DNA from: an uncultured virus (IMG/VR IMGVR_UViG_3300031963_000084)
Taxonomy: Duplodnaviria; Heunggongvirae; Uroviricota; Caudoviricetes
Length of the DNA stretch: 64,000 nt
Virus record (IMG/VR): IMGVR_UViG_3300031963_000084
Strand: one strand, 5' to 3'
Shown here: piece after piece, positions 57,701 to 64,000 of the stretch
Layout of the letters: the number at the start of each line of letters is the position of its first letter
How positions within the stretch are numbered: the stretch's first letter is position 1
The notes under the pieces: model-generated
Told to the model about the DNA's origin: nothing
The model's database searches: none
The model's input: the letters and a program-made list of their open reading frames with translations, nothing else
Translations under genes and position numbers: made by a program

Positions 57701-59294
57701 ATAAAGATATCTGTTGTTCAGTTACAGTTTTTAATTCTTGATTATACGACGCAGATATAGATGAGTTTGAAGTGTTATTTGCGTTGGATTTGATACTGTT
57801 GGCTGAATCAACATATGAATTATACTTTAAAATCTTATTTTTTGCAATTTTTGTTCTTAATTCGGCAGATGAAAAATTAATGAAATTTGAAAAATCGTCA
57901 TAATTGATTAATAAATCATTGACCTTTGTTTTTAATTTAGATTCAGCCGAAAATACGGTATTATCGTCCACTTCCGTAAACGTTTCACTTGCAAGAGTTA
58001 CTTTTGGTACTCCAACCGTAAAATTTGTACCGTTCAAAAATACTTTTCTAGATATCGGCGCTGTATATAAATTTGTTTTAAAGTATAACGGAGATAATGA
58101 AATGTTTGAAATCCAACATGTATCTTTTAAACTATATTCAAGCGGCAAAGGTTCATCCAATTTTATTTGAATATTTGCAACGCCGTCAACTTCGTTAAAA
58201 TAACTCGTATGTGTTAAAATTTTAACTAAATTTCCATTATCAAAATTTAAAGCGTTTTTATAATAATCGTAAAATTTATTGGTGTATTTTTCTAAAAGAT
58301 TGCTTGTTTTTGGCAACAACCAATCTGTATAAATAATTTTTAAAAATACGTTTAATGTTTCTTGTAAATCTGTATTTAATAAAGTCGTTCTTTGTAAAAT
58401 TGCGTCTTGGCACACTTTTCTAACAATAAGTTCAAATGCAGACAATATTTCATTAAATGTAAATTCGGACAAATTATATGTGTAAACAAAATTCTTAAGT
58501 TGTTCAGACACACCTGTAAATTTTATACTTTCAATTACTACGTCGTCTTCGTTTGATAGATTTAATATTTTATTATAACCGACATACGTATCATTAATAA
58601 AAGATTGTAATTCCGCCGTTGTTTTAAAACCGAGTAATTGTGTAATTTTATAGTAATTAAAATTATTTTGTTCAATATTAAAATTATTAAAAATTGGGTT
58701 CGTATCTATTATCGGTACAATTTGATCGATTATTTGTAAAAACAAAAACTTTTTCTCAGCAAATGCTGAAATTTTAATAGCGTCTAAATTAGAAGTTAAA
58801 TTTGTATTTCTATTAAACGCAAAAGACAATCTCAATTCAGTTCTGCTAGGAGAGATTTCTTTTATAAACAGTTTATTTGTAGAATTTCCAGCTATATTCC
58901 GTATAGGATTATATAAAACATAATATAATCCGGGACTAAGTTCGTTAATTTTTAAATCAAATTGCGTATGTAATAACAGGTCGTTATTATTTAAAGCATA
59001 ATTTGTAAATGGATTTGCAACTTGATAAGATTGTTCAACATTGTTTATGTCTTTATATGTTGAATTTATAACACTATAAGTAACTTTAGGAACAATTCTA
59101 TTAAATAGAAGTGGTTCTTGATTGTTATTGTAAACTGTAAATTCTATGATGTCGTCGCCTGAATCGCCAAAAAAAGCAGAATCATTTACTAATTTTTGTT
59201 CATATAAAGATTGCAAATTTTCTGGCAAGTAAGATGCACTTACTATTCCATACGAAAGATCATTGGTGTTTATTGTTAAATAATCGTAAGGCAT
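54798..59294 (-). CDS. Large baseplate wedge protein (gp7-like/LamG-like; 1498 aa)
   Basis: 'MVGHFFDNI' and 'NLNYIYKTKGT...IFGI' wedge motif; baseplate-module context. Confidence 0.6.
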   Translation of the reverse strand: MPYDYLTINTNDLSYGIVSASYLPENLQSLYEQKLVNDSAFFGDSGDDIIEFTVYNNNQEPLLFNRIVPKVTYSVINSTYKDINNVEQSYQVANPFTNYALNNNDLLLHTQFDLKINELSPGLYYVLYNPIRNIAGNSTNKLFIKEISPSRTELRLSFAFNRNTNLTSNLDAIKISAFAEKKFLFLQIIDQIVPIIDTNPIFNNFNIEQNNFNYYKITQLLGFKTTAELQSFINDTYVGYNKILNLSNEDDVVIESIKFTGVSEQLKNFVYTYNLSEFTFNEILSAFELIVRKVCQDAILQRTTLLNTDLQETLNVFLKIIYTDWLLPKTSNLLEKYTNKFYDYYKNALNFDNGNLVKILTHTSYFNEVDGVANIQIKLDEPLPLEYSLKDTCWISNISLSPLYFKTNLYTAPISRKVFLNGTNFTVGVPKVTLASETFTEVDDNTVFSAESKLKTKVNDLLINYDDFSNFINFSSAELRTKIAKNKILKYNSYVDSANSIKSNANNTSNSSISASYNQELKTVTEQQISLLNSFDDYESYLFYYTGSIDDKIDLGIEFDKVNYNSLFYQLPQYIKNQQSYEDYVKFTAMVGHFFDNILVFIKKFPKSYPLDYNDNNHYPKNYIEELLNSFNWDVTNFKFNTSDINQLLFNNQETTGSLSSSYFDYAKSIFNRIANNLNYIYKTKGTATSFNLIRTIFGINSDLINVTEYSSPDVLANKNVFYDFDDVIYATKYDTDQYVKFNFTSSEYTYNFKQDSISGSYTGSYTGDNIYITRSFIENFTGVSTVEMSFRSNNWKKYNFQQRIPLIKKIRNKNVDWQIYLSKTKQKESAKLIFEFTPIESLTTSSISSIELPYLNGDFYTFMLRKEPNSNIRFDSLQSTSSNTQVIGFYGNYNVTQSINNVYYPNSNKFTPQNYTLAVNQYYGSSLNFTDRKTKSILYGQDQYFSSGSYYVGNYSSSIQFYGNIDKIKIQKYALNDSDFNEHSYNLNSISIPDKSQTYENLYYLWSFDTPVNLYGTSYAIVNNQNTRYNNYFYAYNFNRNTKTRGYPHCDTISTDIFPYQFEKFNIKQAINSNKYGPNYKANANINKITQEINSNLVPYEYSTYTTDILGSDSNLVGYYISPYNYLNNKIEDFLGKEGISDIIGDPKYLTSRSYPELKNRQLEFSQTNQKYVYPQEFYTTYKFYIDFSIFDFVKKINPTRSALKTGLLLEPSIFERVKFNYKDVVFNTIDSNDTSSLLYYNINTRFTSSLINTNDTSSNTTIDINLNYLQTDHNTFNYSTFEIKDIVDNRDFIFANKGKYVYVDTTGFNIRNVVNLPTEDHYQMTNNVSHSYITFTSSYNSVQTLGSGSGLPFNQITGSRSLKNLYSGSLGSGYSNRHLSKFVKVGTRVKKQALSGSFYTNNNGVTTLVAGKIKYYSYTKGKNDYTTTVNRKGLPNGSSPIISIPGFLSVDIESDNFPIYGTLTGSAGSPNSIFIQSPLTCSTCTSASLNNYIMNL

Positions 59295-59295
59295 A

Positions 59296-59772
59296 TTATG
59301 AAATTAAAGGTAAAAATGGAAAATCGTCACTAAAATCCGAAGGCACATTTCCCTGACCTAATTTTATTCTTAAATCTATTATTGTATTTTTTAAAGCATT
59401 TATAACCGATTTATCATCGCTATTTTCATATTTTTCAACAAGTTCATTGACTGTTTGATTTAACAATCTGTTTTCTTCTAAAAGTACATTATATTGTTGT
59501 AATATTTCATCTACATTTCTCTTTTCCTCTCCTACAACAGTGGTTAATTCAGAAAAACTTACAGTATTTGCGTCAATTATTTTATTCTGATTATACTCAA
59601 ACTTTTTGAGTGGAATTTTTACATAATTTAAATTAGCTTGTACGGATTGTGCTACTAAATAAACCAATTGTATATTTCCAAACGAATCCACATTATTATT
59701 AAATGTTCCAAATTCTTTAAATTGTGAAACTTCGTCGGTAGCAACATCGTAATTTAATGGAATGTTTGCCAT
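59296..59772 (-). CDS. Hypothetical coiled-coil protein (158 aa)
   Basis: Tightly packed ORF in the baseplate operon. Confidence 0.6.
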   Translation of the reverse strand: MANIPLNYDVATDEVSQFKEFGTFNNNVDSFGNIQLVYLVAQSVQANLNYVKIPLKKFEYNQNKIIDANTVSFSELTTVVGEEKRNVDEILQQYNVLLEENRLLNQTVNELVEKYENSDDKSVINALKNTIIDLRIKLGQGNVPSDFSDDFPFLPLIS

Positions 59773-59773
59773 A

Positions 59774-61666
59774 TTATCTTATTATTTTAAATACCTTTTG
59801 TGTGTCCGTAATGTCTACTATACCGTCCGTATATTCTGTCTTAATAAATATTTTCAAATAACGTTCTTGAGGCAATCCTGTGGTTTGTAAATCAAAATAA
59901 TTACCTTGATTTGGATCACAACTTAATTTTGTATATTCATCAAATCCAATTAAAACCTCCTCGGATTCAGCATCTTTTACCATATAGTAAGAACTTGTGG
60001 GCAAATATTTAGGAGTTACCATTGATACTTGTTGATATGATTTTTGAAAGTTCTTCAATGGATATCTGTCTCTAGCAAATACAAATATTCTTGGTAAACT
60101 ACCCGCCTTATATGTATCTTTTAAATAATTCAATGTAATTACATTTTGAACAGATCCAGTAACAGGCGATAAACTGCCCGTATTATAAACACTATTATCC
60201 CAAGCTACATCAATATAAGGAGAATAAATAGTATTTGTATCTCTACTAAAAAATTGTAATAACCCATTGGTTTGTTGTAAAGGTGGTGTAGATAATTCCA
60301 ATGAACTTATCAATATTAAACCTTGATTTGGTACACAACCACACAACCACGATCTAACGATTCGTGTAATATCCATGGATATGTCACTTTGTTGACCATA
60401 ATTAAAAGATTGACTACAAATCAAACTTTGATTTACCAATGACGGATACGTATTTGAAGAACATATCCATTTAGGTTTGTTTGTATAAGAAGGTGGTACT
60501 TTATAAAACCAAGTACCTCCTTGATTTTCAAAGCTAGCACTAGAATATGACGCAGACAATAAATAATCAACTTGTTGATAAGCGTTAGTAGATTCGGATC
60601 CATACCACAAACCGTTGCCGTCGTAATTTTTATAATTCCAACTAACACCCAATTGGGATCCCTCGTCTGCATATCTACCGTTACCGTTATCCCAACTCTG
60701 ACTTACGGGATAAGCATAAATTTTATAATTTAACGGTAAATTTCTAGATCCACATGATTTTAAGTTTAAAGTAAATTTAATGTTTGAACCGCTAATTTTG
60801 TTATTAGATATGGATTGACTTAAATCGTTAATGTCAAACTTAATAAGAGTTCTGGAAAATTCTGGATAATTCAAATATGTAGCTGTGGATGGTCTTGTAA
60901 AAGAACCACTATACATTCCTTTGAAATAACCTTTAAAATTTACAACATCCACATAATACAAATTACTTGATGTAAGTGTTTGTACGAGTCCTTTAAAATT
61001 AGATCCACTAAAAGAACCGGTAAAAGATCCTGATGTAAAATTAGTTACTGGTTGATAAAATCCAGGAGTACATGGGATACCTGTATTTGATTTACCGAGT
61101 ATTTCTCCTTTTAAATTTTTGTAACTACCGGTACCACTTAACGACGATGTAAGTGGACTTATAGTATAGATTGTAGATCCTAATCTTAGATTAGAAAATG
61201 TAGCCCCTTGTAAAATTGAACCCGAAAAACTACCGGTTGACCAAGAACCTGTAAAATGTGAGTAACTAGTTATATAAATACTGCCGCTAAAAGAACCCGA
61301 TGCAAAATTCGACGATCCCGTAATGTACAATTCCTTTTTAGGATTGGTTGTTACATTTGAAAGTCTGCCGTTAAAGTTAGATATAAACGATGTAAATGGT
61401 ATTATTGATGAATTTAAACTAAATGCGTACCATTTGCTTCCTGAATATATACAAAAAGAAGATGTAGTATATGCTAACCAACCCTCATTACCATACGATG
61501 AAGCTGTGATAGGCGCCGGATGCCAATTTGGATCCGTATATACAGTAGTTGTGCCTTTATTAGAAGCATATATTTCTAACACTTCATCCAATCCAAAATT
61601 TTTATTAATAAATTTTTCGGAATTATTTATATAAGTGTCTTGAGATGAGTAAATAAATGTATGCAT
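59774..61666 (-). CDS. DNRLRE-domain structural protein with an SGSF-rich insertion
   Basis: 'DTYI...NFG...SRTLIKFD...VSQSWDNG...VSW...GGTW...DITRIVRSW...NQGLIL...FFSRD...PYI'. Confidence 0.65.
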   Translation of the reverse strand: MHTFIYSSQDTYINNSEKFINKNFGLDEVLEIYASNKGTTTVYTDPNWHPAPITASSYGNEGWLAYTTSSFCIYSGSKWYAFSLNSSIIPFTSFISNFNGRLSNVTTNPKKELYITGSSNFASGSFSGSIYITSYSHFTGSWSTGSFSGSILQGATFSNLRLGSTIYTISPLTSSLSGTGSYKNLKGEILGKSNTGIPCTPGFYQPVTNFTSGSFTGSFSGSNFKGLVQTLTSSNLYYVDVVNFKGYFKGMYSGSFTRPSTATYLNYPEFSRTLIKFDINDLSQSISNNKISGSNIKFTLNLKSCGSRNLPLNYKIYAYPVSQSWDNGNGRYADEGSQLGVSWNYKNYDGNGLWYGSESTNAYQQVDYLLSASYSSASFENQGGTWFYKVPPSYTNKPKWICSSNTYPSLVNQSLICSQSFNYGQQSDISMDITRIVRSWLCGCVPNQGLILISSLELSTPPLQQTNGLLQFFSRDTNTIYSPYIDVAWDNSVYNTGSLSPVTGSVQNVITLNYLKDTYKAGSLPRIFVFARDRYPLKNFQKSYQQVSMVTPKYLPTSSYYMVKDAESEEVLIGFDEYTKLSCDPNQGNYFDLQTTGLPQERYLKIFIKTEYTDGIVDITDTQKVFKIIR

Positions 61667-61667
61667 A

Positions 61668-63647
61668 TTAAACTACGAGTGCTTTTATATCACTATCGGG
61701 ATATTTTATTTCAAATATAGATGGATCTTTTGATGGATAAATTATGTTGTTTTGTGTAGCGATGGTAATATTGTATGCGACGGGAGAATAATTACCGTCA
61801 TCAATAGTTAAATTTTTAACTGTTATATCTACAACAGACTGTACACCTTCGTTTTGCATTATTTCAAAATTAATCTGACTTAAATTTATAGGTTGGTTAA
61901 AACTCCATTTGTCTATATCAAAAAAGTTTTTAACAGATTGTATACATGCGTTTAACACTTCTGATTTATTGAAACCTTTAAATACAGATATTTTGAATTC
62001 AACGCCTATATTTATGATATATCCATCTACTATATTTATTCTATCTGTAAGTATTTTGTAGTTTTGTAAATAAGTAACCAAATTTTGTAATGTCGCTGGG
62101 TTAATTTGTGTTAAATTTTTATTTACATCGTAACCCAGAATATATAAATTGTTTGTAAATGGATTATTTGATTGTAAAAATTTACGTCTATCTAACGGAT
62201 TTAAAGGTGTCAAATCCAATGTAGAATTATTTGATGTATTTACTACTCCGTTTATTAATCCGTTGTATTGAACTTCTCTTGTTAAATTGCTTTCAATATA
62301 AGCTTTTGCTATGTTTCCTAATTGTGGAGGTAAAGCATATACTCTTAAAATAAAATCGTCGTCAGTAACCATTCTATTCTGTGCAGAAAAGTTTAATATA
62401 GAATTTTGTCTTATTTCTTCATCACTTTCAGCATCGTCTCCACCCGAAGAAGAATCTGGGTTATTAACTCTCAAAGAATTTTGTATATTATTTAACAATA
62501 TAACTTCGCTGTCAGTTAAAGATGTTACATCATTTAAATATGATACGGCGACAATCTTATTTATCTCACCCGAATTTACATTTGAATTTACACCTCCACC
62601 AACAATATAACTAATAGTAAGAGTAGTATTTGACGGTGAGGTACCATAACTGTTAGCCTTTAATACATTTGTATTGTCAAGAGATATATTCAAATTTTTA
62701 AGATTTGATAATGAAACGCCGATGTTAGTTGGATTTGGTACTATGATAGTGTTATCATAATTTTCAGTATTAGCACCGAATTGTATTGTTGTTTGGTTAT
62801 TTTCGTCGATTGTTGTAACAAAACGTTTTTCAGTTCTTAAATATTTTAATATTTTCGGCGTTTCATTTCTATATGAAGATAGTGTTTGATTATTAAGAGG
62901 AACATTATCTATTTCTATAGGAATTGTATCTTGAGCTAAATACTCCACTTCATAATAAGAATTATTATTACTGTCGGTTACACTCACAATTTTAAGAACA
63001 TTAGTTTCGTTTAATTTTATACTAAAAAATGGAGTTTGTTCGCCAACGGAAATTTGTTTAACAATTAACGTTCCAGAATATGCTTTGGTTGTTTTTTTAA
63101 TTAAATAAAACTGAGGCGCTCCTGTATTATCACGATTGTATACAGTAATTTCCCGCGGCGAAAATTTTGTATCTTGACTAAAATCTACACTTTCTTCAAC
63201 AATAAAATCTATACCCGATACACTTGTTAATCGTGTAAATGGTTTTAATATTAAACAATAACGTTCGTCAGGAATATATTCGTTGTTCTCAGTTCGTTTA
63301 GCAGGCAATAGTTGAAATAAATCAACACCCGTAGACGACGCAGAGGATACTTTAGGTTTATAACCCAACATTTTAGCACCATTAATGATGTTTCTACGAT
63401 CTTGTGCGAATTGTATAAAACTTTCAAAGAATTGTTGATCTGTATAGTAAGATAATACATCTCCGACATATGCAGCTTGTTCTATAAAAATTTGACCAGG
63501 TGAACTTTCACTAAAATCTTTATAACTTTGTGGGTAATATTGTTTTGTAAAGTCAATTAACTGTTGACGAAGTGACGCAAAATCTCTATTAAGATAGTTT
63601 ATATCTTTTGTATTAGCATCAAATGTTTTATTTATTAATTTTGACAT
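61668..63647 (-). CDS. gp6: Baseplate wedge subunit, T4 gp6-like
   Basis: 'LNRDFASLR', 'YVGDVLSYYTD', 'IQFG', 'GGDDAES..EIR...AQNRMVT.DD'. Confidence 0.85.
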   Translation of the reverse strand: MSKLINKTFDANTKDINYLNRDFASLRQQLIDFTKQYYPQSYKDFSESSPGQIFIEQAAYVGDVLSYYTDQQFFESFIQFAQDRRNIINGAKMLGYKPKVSSASSTGVDLFQLLPAKRTENNEYIPDERYCLILKPFTRLTSVSGIDFIVEESVDFSQDTKFSPREITVYNRDNTGAPQFYLIKKTTKAYSGTLIVKQISVGEQTPFFSIKLNETNVLKIVSVTDSNNNSYYEVEYLAQDTIPIEIDNVPLNNQTLSSYRNETPKILKYLRTEKRFVTTIDENNQTTIQFGANTENYDNTIIVPNPTNIGVSLSNLKNLNISLDNTNVLKANSYGTSPSNTTLTISYIVGGGVNSNVNSGEINKIVAVSYLNDVTSLTDSEVILLNNIQNSLRVNNPDSSSGGDDAESDEEIRQNSILNFSAQNRMVTDDDFILRVYALPPQLGNIAKAYIESNLTREVQYNGLINGVVNTSNNSTLDLTPLNPLDRRKFLQSNNPFTNNLYILGYDVNKNLTQINPATLQNLVTYLQNYKILTDRINIVDGYIINIGVEFKISVFKGFNKSEVLNACIQSVKNFFDIDKWSFNQPINLSQINFEIMQNEGVQSVVDITVKNLTIDDGNYSPVAYNITIATQNNIIYPSKDPSIFEIKYPDSDIKALVV

Positions 63648-64000
63648 TATATTCTATTACCTTCCAAATTTAGTTGTGTTGTGCCTATAGTATTGTTATA
63701 TCTAAACGTAATACTTATAAATATTGAATTTTTATCATTATTTTCCACTTGTTGTTGAGATAATTCTACTTTCAATATAGCTATACCCTTTAAATACTTA
63801 TCAATATCTCGTTGAATTACATCCAAAATGATATCATTAGAAACGTCGTTATCAATTGATTGAAAAAGTAAATTATAAAGTCCAGAACCAAAACTGTTAT
63901 TAAATCTACGTTCTCCTGGTATAGTTAATAACATATTTTGTAAATTATCAGCAACTTGTGAAATCGTATCTTTGTTTGTTGCAAAATAACCTTCATTACC
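63647..64000 (-). CDS. gp25: Baseplate wedge subunit, T4 gp25-like (5'-partial)
   Basis: Frame open to the window end: ...GYFATNKDTISQVADNLQNMLLTIPGERRFNNSFGSGLYNLLF. Confidence 0.85.
   Translation of the reverse strand, partial: GNEGYFATNKDTISQVADNLQNMLLTIPGERRFNNSFGSGLYNLLFQSIDNDVSNDIILDVIQRDIDKYLKGIAILKVELSQQQVENNDKNSIFISITFRYNNTIGTTQLNLEGNRI

Noticed and set aside
1..64000. Stop-codon reassignment, as seen in some large phages
   Set aside because: Core genes are full length in the standard code, and TAA, TAG (e.g. 52227, 23239) and TGA (e.g. 33994) all terminate genes.
1..64000. tRNA, rRNA, diversity-generating retroelement, integrase or transposase
   Set aside because: Intergenic gaps are short and AT-rich; I saw no cloverleaf, reverse transcriptase, TR/VR pair or recombinase motif by eye. 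A covariance-model scan was not possible.

Overview
An AT-rich segment of a large T4-superfamily-like (contractile-tail) bacteriophage genome, read in the standard genetic code, with nearly all genes on the minus strand. It holds most of the morphogenesis region: baseplate (gp25-, gp6- and gp7-like, FG-GAP and DNRLRE proteins), a 1314-aa tail sheath, terminase, portal, prohead protease, scaffold, major capsid, gp13/14/15-like neck proteins and two Gly-Ser/Thr repeat fibre proteins. Interspersed are a RuvC-like resolvase, a primase, an SbcD-SbcC (gp47-gp46) fusion, three multidomain glycosyl/methyltransferases and a Mom-like DNA modifier. Main points: (1) The large terminase is a fractured gene joined by an atypically split intein (35-aa IntN, 114-aa IntC). 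A free-standing homing endonuclease lies between the halves, with a near-copy of the intein-free junction at its 5' end. (2) A TibC/Aah-type O-heptosyltransferase co-occurs with a [ST]-[GAS]-S motif enriched in outer virion proteins, suggesting a virion glycosylation system. (3) A putative late-promoter motif TATTTATA, the reverse complement of the T4 late promoter, sits 3-6 nt before many start codons. (4) A shared M(I)KLxxLLxE leader occurs on several enzyme-like proteins that may be capsid-packaged. (5) There is a candidate helical unimolecular spanin. All family assignments come from motif recognition by eye, not database searches.
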